Source: Chloroflexota bacterium (GTDB lineage Bacteria > Chloroflexota > Limnocylindria > Limnocylindrales > CSP1-4). Taken from it: DNA of 53,089 nucleotides. The notes beneath the pieces were generated by a model that saw nothing but the letters and a program-made list of their open reading frames with translations, was not told the DNA's origin and made no database searches. The DNA lies in contig JBEPVB010000002.1 of NCBI GenBank assembly GCA_041691215.1, positions 1-53,089 of the forward strand. Reading direction: 5' to 3'. The stretch's first letter is position 1, and every line of letters begins with the position of its first letter. The translations under genes and the position numbers were made by a program. This document shows positions 27,397 through 36,481 of the stretch, piece after piece.

Positions 27397-28296
27397 TTGC
27401 CCGACGTGACCGGCCGCGTCCGTGCGGTCGCCACAGCCGCCGTGACGGCCGTCCTGCTTCTCGTCCTGGTCATCCCGTCGATCACGCAGGCTGTGGTTCC
27501 GCCCAATATCGACCGTTTCATGGCCGCTCTCGGTGCGGTCGAATCGCACGGCCGATACGACGCCGTCAACGCCACGTCGGGCGCGTTCGGCAAGTACCAG
27601 ATCCTACCCTCGAACTGGTCGTCCTGGTCCCTCCACTACCTGGGCAGGGCCAATGCCTCGCCGACGCCGGCGAACCAGGACAAGGTCGTCCGGGGGAAGC
27701 TGACCTCGCTCTACAACTGGCTTGGGAGCTGGGCATCGGTCGCCCACTGGTGGCTGACCGGCGACGGCGACACCAACCCCGCCCACTGGTCCAACTTCTC
27801 TCGCATTTACGTCAACCGGATCCTCGGCCTGATGGGTGCAGCCGGCATCGCCACCCGGTCCTCGAACGCGTCCTCGAACTCGCCGTCGACTCCGGCATCG
27901 GTACGGCGGCCGGCCCCGCGGACGGTCGTGACGGTCGTCGACGAAGCCAGCAATGCCATCAACTTTTCGGGCGGCTGGGGCGAGGCCGAGTTCGCTGGCT
28001 ACAACGGCGGCCAGGTCCGCTACGCCGTCGAGGCGAAGACCAGTCTCTGGTTCCGCTTCCGCGGCAGCTCCATCAGCTGGATCGGTCCGAAGGGCCCGAC
28101 CCGCGGGCAGGCCCGGATCTACATGGACGACGAGCTGGTCGGCACCGTCGACGTCTACGCCACGCACTACCGGCCGCGAGCCACGATCTTCTCGAAGGAC
28201 TTTGGCCGGGTCGGCAGCCACACCATCCGGATCGAGGTCGTGGGCACGCCCGGACGCCAGACCGTCGCCCTCGACCAATTCGACGTCGGCGCCTGA
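27397..28296 (+). CDS. Secreted transglycosylase-like protein with C-terminal beta-sandwich (carbohydrate-binding-like) domain
   Basis: TTG start and an N-terminal TM/signal segment (AVATAAVTAVLLLVLVIP). SLT-like core LGAVESHGRYDAVNATSGAFGKYQILPSNW. C-terminus: FSGGWGEAEFAGYNGGQVRY...IRIEVVGT. Confidence 0.7.
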   Translation: MPDVTGRVRAVATAAVTAVLLLVLVIPSITQAVVPPNIDRFMAALGAVESHGRYDAVNATSGAFGKYQILPSNWSSWSLHYLGRANASPTPANQDKVVRGKLTSLYNWLGSWASVAHWWLTGDGDTNPAHWSNFSRIYVNRILGLMGAAGIATRSSNASSNSPSTPASVRRPAPRTVVTVVDEASNAINFSGGWGEAEFAGYNGGQVRYAVEAKTSLWFRFRGSSISWIGPKGPTRGQARIYMDDELVGTVDVYATHYRPRATIFSKDFGRVGSHTIRIEVVGTPGRQTVALDQFDVGA

Positions 28297-28314
28297 GCCG
28301 CCGGCCTTGCCGCC

Positions 28315-28698
28315 TCAGCGGCGGGCGGCCACGCAGACGATCTCGACCCGATAGTCGGCAGCGAGGCCGCTGACGCCGACCGTCGCCCGGGTCGGCGGAT
28401 CCTTGGGAAAGAACTCGCGATAGACCGCGTTCATCCGGGCGAACTCGGTGAAGTCCAGGAGGTAGACGGTCGACTGGACGACGTCCCCGAAGTCGAGCCC
28501 GGCCGCCCGGAGCAGGGCCCCGACGTTCTCCAGCATCAGGCGGGTCTCGACCTCGATGCCGCCCGGGACGGCGCCGCTGCCGCCCGGAGCCTGGCCGACC
28601 TGGCCGGCCAGGAACACGAAGTCGTTGGCCTCGACGAGGGGGCTGAACGGCAACGCGCTGGGCGGAACGCCGGGACCGCTGAGGACATGCTTGGGCAT
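28315..28698 (-). CDS. ridA: RidA/YjgF-family reactive-intermediate deaminase
   Basis: ATG 28698 (MPKHVLSG). FVFLAGQVG, ETRLMLENVGALLRAAG, VQSTVYL.DF..F..MN.VY..FF, PTRATVGVSGL, VEIVCVA. Confidence 0.88.
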   Translation of the reverse strand: MPKHVLSGPGVPPSALPFSPLVEANDFVFLAGQVGQAPGGSGAVPGGIEVETRLMLENVGALLRAAGLDFGDVVQSTVYLLDFTEFARMNAVYREFFPKDPPTRATVGVSGLAADYRVEIVCVAARR

Positions 28699-28792
28699 GC
28701 GAGGGCTCCTCGTGCTGGCTGAGCAAGACCATCGTACCGGCCCCGACCGTGCCGCCGAGGTCGCCACCGACCCGCGGGAAGCCCGGATCCCG

Positions 28793-29887
28793 TCAGAGGC
28801 AGCGGGCGGCCGCGGCCACGGCTTCGGCCGACCACCAGGCCAGGTCCGCCGCGGCGGTCTCGCCCGTCGGCAGGACGAGCCCGGCCTCGGCATCGAGGCC
28901 CTTCCGCCAGCCGCGGAGGAGGAGCCCGATGACATGGGCGAGATCGCGTTGGAGATCCCAGTCCCCGATGAGGGCCGCGCCGCCGGCGGCCAGCAGGGCG
29001 TCCCGGTAGCGCGCCAGGACCCGGTCCGGCGGCTCCGGGAGCTGGGCCACGTTGGCCACCAGGAACCAGCCGAGCTCCAGCGCGACCGGGGCCCGGCTGA
29101 CCATCTGCCAGTCGATCGCGGCCGCCTCGCCATCGGGCAGGAGGGCGAGGTTGGCGAGCTTCAGGTCGCCGTGCAGGCCGGTCGCGGGCAGGCGCCCAAG
29201 GGCGTCGAGCAAGGGCGCCGGATCGATGGCCAGGCCGTCGACGAGCCGCCGTGCCCCGTCACTCGCCCGGCGGTCGAAGGCGTCCCAGCCGGCGAGGAAC
29301 CGATCGCCGACCCAGAGGCCGCTCGCGCGATAGCCCTCCGAGGCCGGCCTGGAGAGCAGCCGAAGGCGCTCCGGGACGGGGCACCACGGCCAGTCGAGCC
29401 CGTCACGGCTCGCTGGCCCCCACGATCCGACGTGGATGGCGGCGACCGCCTCGAGGACCCGGTCCAGGGTTTCGGCACCGATGGCCGTCGCGGACGCGTT
29501 GCCGGCATTCCAGGGGATCAGCCATTGGCCGAGATCCGGCATCAGGATCGCCGCCCCGGCGCCGTCCGCGGCCGCGCCCAGATGGGCCGCGACGAGCGGC
29601 GCCACGAAGGCACCCGGCGATGCCGCCAGGACTGCCTCGCGCAGGGCGCGGTCGCGCGTCGCGCGGACGATCCAGTCGGTCGTCCAGGAGGTTCGTTTCA
29701 GGATGAACCGCCGGCCATCTCGTTCCATGACGGTGAGCGTGGCGCCTGACCAGCCATCGTTCGGAAACGGCTGCTCGACGGCGCCGGCGAGGCCATGGTC
29801 CGCCAGGAGGCTCGTGAGGCTCCTTCCCGACCAGGCCGCAGCGACCGAGGCGCTGCCCGGCCCCACCGGATCGTCGGCCGCGCTCAT
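28793..29887 (-). CDS. Phosphotransferase-family kinase (APH/choline-kinase fold)
   Basis: ATG 29887 (MSAADDP). GWSGATLTVM...FILKR; catalytic loop LHGDLKLANLAL; IDWQMV. Confidence 0.75.
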   Translation of the reverse strand: MSAADDPVGPGSASVAAAWSGRSLTSLLADHGLAGAVEQPFPNDGWSGATLTVMERDGRRFILKRTSWTTDWIVRATRDRALREAVLAASPGAFVAPLVAAHLGAAADGAGAAILMPDLGQWLIPWNAGNASATAIGAETLDRVLEAVAAIHVGSWGPASRDGLDWPWCPVPERLRLLSRPASEGYRASGLWVGDRFLAGWDAFDRRASDGARRLVDGLAIDPAPLLDALGRLPATGLHGDLKLANLALLPDGEAAAIDWQMVSRAPVALELGWFLVANVAQLPEPPDRVLARYRDALLAAGGAALIGDWDLQRDLAHVIGLLLRGWRKGLDAEAGLVLPTGETAAADLAWWSAEAVAAAARCL

Positions 29888-29897
29888 CCGGGTTCCG

Positions 29898-30311
29898 TCA
29901 GGACGACGCCGGGGTAGCGGCCCCATCGGCGCGGCCGTCGAGGTATACGACGTGCGAATCGGGGCAGTTCCTCGTCAGGACCACGACGAGCGGGTCGGAC
30001 GTCGAGGCGTTCTCCTCGACATGAATCTCGCCGGCCGGGATGTAGACGAAGTCGCCGGCCCGGGCATCCAGGCTCTCCTCGAGGCCCGTCGGGCCGAAGG
30101 TGAAGCGGGCGAGGCCGGAAAGCACGTAGATCGAGGTCTCGCATGGTCCGTGGTGGTGGATCCGGGTCCGACCGCCCGGCTCCGTCGTCACGACCGACGA
30201 GTACAGCCCGGTCGAGCCCGTCAGCGGCCCGGACACGGCGATCGAGCGCTCCATGTCGGCATGCTGGCCGACCGATGTCAGGCGCTCCTCCGGGGTGATG
30301 CGAACGGCCAT
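29898..30311 (-). CDS. Cupin domain protein
   Basis: ATG 30311 (MAVRITPEE). GGRTRIHHHGPCETSIYVLSG, GDFVYIPAGEIHVEEN. Confidence 0.75.
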   Translation of the reverse strand: MAVRITPEERLTSVGQHADMERSIAVSGPLTGSTGLYSSVVTTEPGGRTRIHHHGPCETSIYVLSGLARFTFGPTGLEESLDARAGDFVYIPAGEIHVEENASTSDPLVVVLTRNCPDSHVVYLDGRADGAATPASS

Positions 30312-30330
30312 CGGCCGATGATATCGGCGG

Positions 30331-31539
30331 TCAGTCGGCCCAGCCGACCCGCCAGACGCGCCAGAGGGCGGCCGGCTCGGACAGCGGATCGCCATGGACG
30401 AGGAAGAAGTCGGCCGGTCCGCCCTCGCGGATGACCCCGGCCTCGGGCTCGCCCAGCAATTCGCCGCCCCGCCAGGTCGCGGCCGCCAATGCCTGCCACG
30501 GCTCCATGCCCGCGGCAACGAGGGCCTCGACCTCCCAGGCGAGCTGGTTGGCCCGGGTGGACCCGCCGCCGAAGTCGGTCCCGGTGGCGATCCGGACACC
30601 GGCCGCGCGAGCCAGCTGGACGCTGTCCTCCGCGCGGGCCCGCCGCTCGGCGATCCGGGCGCGACCTTCCGTGCCGGCAAAGCGGGCCATCGAGGTCGTC
30701 ACGGCGAACGTCTGCCAGGAATGGAGCACTCCCAGGGTCGAGACGAGGAACGTCCCCCGGGCCGCCATCTCGCCGGCGACACCGGCGTCGAGGTCGAAGC
30801 CATGCTCGATGGCATCGACGCCGCCCCTCACCGCTTCGACCGTGCCGTTCAGGTGCCCGGAGTGAGCGGTGACCCGGATGCCCCGGGCGTGGCCCGCCGC
30901 CACCACGTGGCCCACCTCGTGCTGGGTCCACGGCGACGTATCCGGATCGGGCCCGTCCATGTAGAGCTTCAGGAGATCCGCCCCGTCGTCGAGCTGGACG
31001 ATCGCCTTGGCCAGGAGATCGTCGCCGTCCACGGCCCTCGCCGAATGCGCCTCCAACGGAAGGGCGCCGGCCCGATCGAGCCACGTCCCCGCGACCCGCA
31101 GGTGGGGCGTCCCGGGCCGGCCAGCCCAGCGATCCCGGATCCCGAGGCTCAGGGCGCGGGTCCTGCCGTCGATGGGATCGACGACCCGGGGCGCGCCGAC
31201 GTCGCGGGCCCAACGGACGCCGGACCGGGTCAGGAGGCGACCGTTGCGCTCGGCCACGCCCAGCAGGACATTCGGATCGTCGCCGATCCGGTCGATCCAG
31301 TGGGCGCCGCCGGGCAACGTGACATGGGCGTGGCCGTCGACCATGCCGGGCACGATCGTGGCGCCGGAGGCGTCGACGGCCTCCAGGGATTCCGGGGAGC
31401 CGAGTTCGCCCTCGTCGTCGGCCGGGCGGATCCAGCGGATCATGCCGTCCTCGACGAGGATGCTGACCCCGAGTCGCAGGCGGTCCGACCTGGCATCGGC
31501 CAGGGCCGCGTCGCGGTAGACGGTTCGAGACGTCTGCAT
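30331..31539 (-). CDS. Amidohydrolase-family metallohydrolase
   Basis: ATG 31539 (MQTSRTVY). IVPGMVDGHAHV metal-binding HxH, VTAHS, AIEHG, GTDFGG. Earlier in-frame starts up to 31638 would overlap the divergent gene. Confidence 0.85.
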   Translation of the reverse strand: MQTSRTVYRDAALADARSDRLRLGVSILVEDGMIRWIRPADDEGELGSPESLEAVDASGATIVPGMVDGHAHVTLPGGAHWIDRIGDDPNVLLGVAERNGRLLTRSGVRWARDVGAPRVVDPIDGRTRALSLGIRDRWAGRPGTPHLRVAGTWLDRAGALPLEAHSARAVDGDDLLAKAIVQLDDGADLLKLYMDGPDPDTSPWTQHEVGHVVAAGHARGIRVTAHSGHLNGTVEAVRGGVDAIEHGFDLDAGVAGEMAARGTFLVSTLGVLHSWQTFAVTTSMARFAGTEGRARIAERRARAEDSVQLARAAGVRIATGTDFGGGSTRANQLAWEVEALVAAGMEPWQALAAATWRGGELLGEPEAGVIREGGPADFFLVHGDPLSEPAALWRVWRVGWAD

Positions 31540-31575
31540 GGGTGGCCGGAGGGTAGCACCGGCTACCATCGGCCG

Positions 31576-32583
31576 ATGGTCCCGGCCATCGCCGCCCTGC
31601 CTCGATTCCGCCTCTTCAGCGACCCCAGCCCGTTCCATCGGCTGGAGCGGCTAGAGGCGGCCCTCGGCGGTCGGGCCGAGCTGTGGATGAAACGGGAGGA
31701 CCTCCTGCCGCTGGCCTTCGGCGGCAACAAGCTCCGCAACCTGGAGTTCCTCGTGGGGGCGGCGCTGGCCGAGGGCGCCGACACCCTCGTGACGTCGGGC
31801 CGACGCTGGTCGAACCATTGCCGGCTCACCGCGGCCGCCGGGGCGCGGGCAGGGCTCGCCGTCCACCTCGTTTTGTCTGGGCCGCCGGCCGTGGGGACGG
31901 GCCCGGACGGCGCCAATCCGGGACGGCGCCTCGATGAGCTCTTGGGCGCGAGCGTCAGCCAGCTGTCGACCGCCGATCGCGAGGCGCGTTCGGTAGCCGT
32001 CGATCAGCTCATGACCGAGCTCCGGACGCGCGGCCGCCGTCCCTATCTCATCCAGGTCGGCGGGACGGGCATGCCCGGCGCGGCCGGCCAGGTCCTGGCG
32101 GCGACCGAGCTGCTCGCCCAGGCAGCGTCAGTAGGGGAGCCGCTGGACGCTGTCGTCCTGCCGTCGGCAACCGGCGGAACACAGGCCGGGCTCCTAGCCG
32201 GGCTCCGGGCGAGCGGCAGCACCGCCGGCGTGCACGGGGTCCTCGTGGCCCGGGCGGATGCCGAGCTCCGGCCCGCGATCGAGGCGACGCTGCGGAGCCT
32301 CGAGCCGTACACCGGCCGGGCCGTCGACGCCGGCGAGGTCGACCTCGACGGAACACAGATCGGCGACGGCTACGGCCTCCCGACCGCTGCGGCGACCGCG
32401 GCGATGGAGCTCCTCGCTCGCTCGGAGGGCGTGTTCGTCGACCCGATCTACACGGCCAAGGCCCTCGCGGCGCTCGTGGCCGGCGTGCGCTCGGGCCGCT
32501 GGGACGGCCGGCGGGTCGTGTTCTGGCACGCCGGCGGCACGCCGGGCCTGTTCGAGCCGCTCGACGGTCCGCCGCGGTCCTAG
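31576..32583 (+). CDS. PLP-dependent 1-aminocyclopropane-1-carboxylate deaminase / D-cysteine desulfhydrase family protein
   Basis: ATG 31576. LWMKREDLLPLAFGGNKLRNLEFL (PLP-Lys motif), TSGRRWSNHCR, GGTQAG, YTAKA. Confidence 0.88.
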   Translation: MVPAIAALPRFRLFSDPSPFHRLERLEAALGGRAELWMKREDLLPLAFGGNKLRNLEFLVGAALAEGADTLVTSGRRWSNHCRLTAAAGARAGLAVHLVLSGPPAVGTGPDGANPGRRLDELLGASVSQLSTADREARSVAVDQLMTELRTRGRRPYLIQVGGTGMPGAAGQVLAATELLAQAASVGEPLDAVVLPSATGGTQAGLLAGLRASGSTAGVHGVLVARADAELRPAIEATLRSLEPYTGRAVDAGEVDLDGTQIGDGYGLPTAAATAAMELLARSEGVFVDPIYTAKALAALVAGVRSGRWDGRRVVFWHAGGTPGLFEPLDGPPRS

Positions 32584-32659
32584 GGTCGGGCGTACCCGCC
32601 CGGCTCGCGACCGCTTCGCTCGGCGTCGGCCCGCGCCGGGCAGGGCGGCCCGCGCCGGC

Positions 32660-33052
32660 TCAGTAGGCGAAGACCGTGCCCCACATGTCCGGGTGGACCT
32701 CGCAGAGGAAGAACCAGTTGCCCTTGGGAATCCCCACGGTCAGGACGACGGTCTTGCTCGATACCGCGTCGAAGCGAAACAGGAGGTCGCCGCCCGATCC
32801 CGACTGGGTCCGGATGGCGATGTTATGCAGGTCGCCATCCTCGTTGACGAAGACGAGGGGGAACTCCACACCGGCATGGACCTGGAGCTCCTTGGTGTCG
32901 AAAGCCCGGTCCTTGGCATGAACCACGATCGCCCCGGCCGGGATCGTCGGCGCGGGCGACGGCGCGCCACCACAGGCGGCGACGAGAATCGTGACGAGGG
33001 CCAGGACCGCGAATCGCCGGCGAGGGACCCCGCTGGCCGTCGGCTCGGGCAT
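32660..33052 (-). CDS. Cupredoxin (blue-copper, plastocyanin/amicyanin-like) lipoprotein
   Basis: ATG 33052 overlaps the greA-like stop (ATGA). Lipobox ILVAAC. Type-1 Cu ligands HNIAI ... CEVHPDMWG (His, Cys, His, Met). Confidence 0.8.
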   Translation of the reverse strand: MPEPTASGVPRRRFAVLALVTILVAACGGAPSPAPTIPAGAIVVHAKDRAFDTKELQVHAGVEFPLVFVNEDGDLHNIAIRTQSGSGGDLLFRFDAVSSKTVVLTVGIPKGNWFFLCEVHPDMWGTVFAY

Positions 33053-34341
33053 CAACGGACCTCCAGGACCCGGTAGCGGACAACGCCCCGGGGCGTCTGG
33101 ACTTCGACGTCCTGGTCCGCGGTCGCGCCCAGGAGGGCGGCGCCGACCGGCGAGGAGGAGCTGATCCGTCCCGCCGCCGGGTCGGCGTCGGTCGTGCCCA
33201 CGATGGCATAGGTGATCGTGTCGCCCTCGTGCTCGAGGACGACGGTCGAGCCGAGCTGGACCCGGCCCGAGCCGGTCTCGTCGATCAAGACGGCATGCCG
33301 CTTGCGCTCCTCGAGGAGCCGGATCCGGCCCTCCATGAACGACTGCTCCTCGCGAGCCGCCTGGTACTCGGCGTTCTCCTTGAGATCGCCATGCTCGCGC
33401 GCCGCCTTGATCCGGGCCACGACCTCGGGCCGGTTCTTGCGAGTGAGCACGGCCAGCTCGGCCTCGAGGCGGGCGTAGGCATCGCGGGTCATCGGCACGG
33501 GCTCGATCCGGGACGCCCGGGCCGCGGCAGCGCGGGAGGCCGGCGTGGAGGTCGAGCCGAGCGGCGGACGGGGTCGGCGTGGCGCGGCCGCCGCCCGGGC
33601 CGGCGCCGCGGCTCGCGGCGGACGGGGAGCGCGGCGGACGACGCCCGTCCCGCGAATCTCCCTCGAAGCGCCTTCGGCATCGCCGGCCGGGACCTCCACG
33701 ACGCGGCTCGCCGGGGGCGGCGGCGGGCTGTCGTCGGGCGCGATGGCACCGGTGATCCCGTGGACCTGCCGGTCGCCGATGGGGCGGCGGGTGTTGGCCC
33801 AGGGCAGGATGACCGCGCCGGGCGGCCGGGCTTCGTGGACACCGCCCGGCTCCGACGCGCCGGCCGCCGCGACCTCGGCAAAGGCGCCGAACAGGCCGTC
33901 GAGGTACTCCTCGGGCGCGTCGGTCTCGGCCCACCAGATCCGGGTCTTCTCGATCCCCGTCATCGCGTGCAGCCACTGGCCGTCCGGGTGCGGCCGCCGG
34001 TCGCCAAGGACATGATGGGCCAGGGCGTTGGCCCGCCCGCCGACGCTGCCGGCGGTGGCCCCGATGTAGAGGACCGTCTCCTTCGGCAGCCACAGCGAGG
34101 CGAGGCGGAGGAGGAGCGCCCGCGACGTCGGACGGGCGCCGTCGAGGCGAAGCTCTGGCCGGCCCTCCAGCCACTTGCCGATCCGATTCATGTCGAGCGG
34201 CACGGTCGCGAGTGGCTGGGCCAGCTCCACCAGGTAGACGCCGGACTTCCGGGATGTCAGGGGGCGACCCCAGAGCACGGGTCCGTCGGGCAAGAGGCCG
34301 ACCTCTCGCAACAGCCCGGCGGCTCCGTGGTCGATCGGCAT
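33052..34341 (-). CDS. greA: Transcription elongation factor GreA with a long N-terminal extension (GIY-YIG-like region plus Pro/Ala/Arg linker)
   Basis: The last 146 codons (from ATG 33492) are canonical GreA: MTRDAYARLEAELAVL, GDLKENAEYQAAREEQSFMEGRI, SSSSPVGAALLG. The frame stays open upstream to ATG 34341, which has GGAGGG 5 nt upstream. Whether GreA is also made from the internal ATG is unknown. Confidence 0.7.
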   Translation of the reverse strand: MPIDHGAAGLLREVGLLPDGPVLWGRPLTSRKSGVYLVELAQPLATVPLDMNRIGKWLEGRPELRLDGARPTSRALLLRLASLWLPKETVLYIGATAGSVGGRANALAHHVLGDRRPHPDGQWLHAMTGIEKTRIWWAETDAPEEYLDGLFGAFAEVAAAGASEPGGVHEARPPGAVILPWANTRRPIGDRQVHGITGAIAPDDSPPPPPASRVVEVPAGDAEGASREIRGTGVVRRAPRPPRAAAPARAAAAPRRPRPPLGSTSTPASRAAAARASRIEPVPMTRDAYARLEAELAVLTRKNRPEVVARIKAAREHGDLKENAEYQAAREEQSFMEGRIRLLEERKRHAVLIDETGSGRVQLGSTVVLEHEGDTITYAIVGTTDADPAAGRISSSSPVGAALLGATADQDVEVQTPRGVVRYRVLEVR

Positions 34342-34440
34342 CCAGCCCTCCAGCACGATGAATCCGGGAGTCACGCCCCGGGGGGCAGTATCGTCGCACC
34401 GATACCCCATCGCCGTCGCCCAAGGGAGGCCACCCTGCTC

Positions 34441-35772
34441 GTGGTCCGCCGCCGCGCCCTGGTCCTCGCTGCCGCGCTGCTGGCCATCGTGGCCGTCGCG
34501 GCGGGGATCGCAACGCTGCCATCGCTGGCAGGGATCCGCCCCGGCACCTCGACCGCGCCCTCGGCCAGCGGCGGGGCCGCCGCCGCGCCGACCCCCACCA
34601 CGAGCCCGTCGACGAAGACCGCCGCGCCTTCCGGCTCGCCGAGCGCGCCACCGCCGCCCGATGTCGCGATCCTCGATCGGACGGACATCCGGGCCCGGCT
34701 CCAGGCGGCTCTCGAGAAAGACCGTGTCGGGCTCTTCGCACCGGGGATGGTGGCCAGCGTCCTGTTCGCCGACGGGGGATCGTGGTCCGGGACGTCAGGG
34801 GTCGCGGACCTCGCCTCGGGGCGCGCCCTTTCGATCGACACGCCGTTCTCGATCGCCTCGATCAGCAAGACGTTCATGGCGGCCGAGGTCCTCGACCTCG
34901 TCGTCGCCGGATCGCTACGGCTCGAGGATTCGGCGGCCCGCCTCCTGCCCGGCGTCCTCGTCGGCAAGCTGCCGCTCGACCCGCGGATCACCGTCCGGGA
35001 GCTCCTCGACCACACCAGCGGGCTACGCGATTACCTGATCGACCACAGGCTCGGCCTCGCGGTCGAAGCGAATCCGCGACAACGGTGGACGCCGGCGATG
35101 GCCCTCGCGTATGCCGGCAAGCCCCTCGCGGCGCCCGGTGTCGGCTACCACTATGCGAACACGAACTACGTCCTCCTCGGGCTCATCGTCGAGCGCCTGA
35201 CCGGCCGGACGCTGGCCGAGGAATATCGGACGCGGTTCTTCGGGCCGCTCGGCCTCCGGTCGGCCTCGTACCAGGGCGTCGAGGCCCCGACCGCGAAGCT
35301 CCCGACCTCGTATCGCTACGCCTCGGTGAAGCGAAATGCCGTTCCCACATCAGTCGCTGATGGCACCTCGATCGGCCCGTTCACGTCCATCGTCACGGCC
35401 GCCGGCGCAGCCGGCTCGGTCGCCGCGAGCGCACCCGACCTGGCCCGCTGGGCCCGGGCCCTCTACGGCGGCGACGTCCTGCCACCCGGAGCGAGGCTGG
35501 CCATGCTATCGGACGCCGACGCGACTCTGACCCTGAAGCCCGGCTACCCCTATGGCCTCGGGGTCCAGGTCAATACGCTCGATGGCCGGATCTCGTACGG
35601 CCACTCCGGCCGTCTCGTGGGCGCGCGCAGCGCGGTCCGCTGGTTCCCCGAGGTCGGCGTCGCCATCGCCGTCGTGACCAACGAGAGCCGCTTCGATCCA
35701 GGGGTGGTCGTCCAGGACCTCCTCGCGGTGGTGGCCCCCAGGACGTTCGCCGGCGGCTTCCGGGAGCGCTGA
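34441..35772 (+). CDS. Serine hydrolase, beta-lactamase / D-alanyl-D-alanine carboxypeptidase family, membrane-anchored
   Basis: In-frame GTG 34441 (VVRRRALVLAAALLAIVAV anchor). Ser/Thr/Pro-rich linker. SxxK active site FSIASISKTF. YxN motif YHYANTNYVLLG. HSGRLVG. Confidence 0.85.
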   Translation: MVRRRALVLAAALLAIVAVAAGIATLPSLAGIRPGTSTAPSASGGAAAAPTPTTSPSTKTAAPSGSPSAPPPPDVAILDRTDIRARLQAALEKDRVGLFAPGMVASVLFADGGSWSGTSGVADLASGRALSIDTPFSIASISKTFMAAEVLDLVVAGSLRLEDSAARLLPGVLVGKLPLDPRITVRELLDHTSGLRDYLIDHRLGLAVEANPRQRWTPAMALAYAGKPLAAPGVGYHYANTNYVLLGLIVERLTGRTLAEEYRTRFFGPLGLRSASYQGVEAPTAKLPTSYRYASVKRNAVPTSVADGTSIGPFTSIVTAAGAAGSVAASAPDLARWARALYGGDVLPPGARLAMLSDADATLTLKPGYPYGLGVQVNTLDGRISYGHSGRLVGARSAVRWFPEVGVAIAVVTNESRFDPGVVVQDLLAVVAPRTFAGGFRER

Positions 35773-35917
35773 CCCCCGACGCCGGGCTTTCGGTGCGGCA
35801 CGGAACCGGATTCTTCGGTCGCGGTACGACCGCCTGCCCCGTCCGGTACCGATGGGGCTTCTTCAACGGGGGCGCGACCCCGATGCTCGCCCGGCAGGAT
35901 CGATTCGGGGGGCGCCA

Positions 35918-36430
35918 ATGCAGCAGGTCGAGGCCTTCACCGCCGGGGGCGTGGTGAGCGGGGCCGTCGCGGAGTCAGGCAGGCTTCGGGACGGCCTCGA
36001 GACCGCCGGGCCGTTCGACGTCGACGCGGCCACCTGGTATCCGATCGCCGGCGGGGCGGCGGAGCCTCGCCACCGGATCCACCTCGAGCAGGATGACCTG
36101 CTCGTCCTGTGTGCCGAAACCGAGGACCTGCCCATCCATGCCACATGGCACGCGGTCGAGCTCGACATCGGGCCGTACCACCTGACCGGCGAGCTGCCGA
36201 CGATGCCGGGCTTCGATCCGGGGCGAGCCCTGTCGCGGCCCGGTGGCCCGTTCATCCTCCTCCGCGACGTGCGCGTCGACCTGCTCGGGCATCCGGAGGG
36301 CGGCAGCGTCGAGCGCCGGCACGCCCTCGTGAATCGCTACGCGGTGGAGCGGGTCGCGGCCGACATCGAGCTCGGCTACTACTTCCCGGGCGCCCACTTC
36401 AGCACGGCGGGCGGGCGGGTCCTCAGCTGA
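35918..36430 (+). CDS. Hypothetical protein, paralogue of the 4910-5560 product
   Basis: ATG 35918 (MQQVEAF). Collinear similarity to the 4910 protein: SGRLRDGL / SGRLLDLL, TWYPIAGG / HWAPVDGS, DDLLVL / YDLIVA, HAVELDIGPYHLTGEL / HKVSFDVAAEAPPYRIVGTI, PGFDPGRAL / PGSEPESLL, ALVNRYAV / VLVNRFYL. Confidence 0.6.
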   Translation: MQQVEAFTAGGVVSGAVAESGRLRDGLETAGPFDVDAATWYPIAGGAAEPRHRIHLEQDDLLVLCAETEDLPIHATWHAVELDIGPYHLTGELPTMPGFDPGRALSRPGGPFILLRDVRVDLLGHPEGGSVERRHALVNRYAVERVAADIELGYYFPGAHFSTAGGRVLS

Positions 36431-36481
36431 GGGCGCGCGTGGCGAACGCGGCACGTCGCGACCACGACCCCGCTCCGCGAG

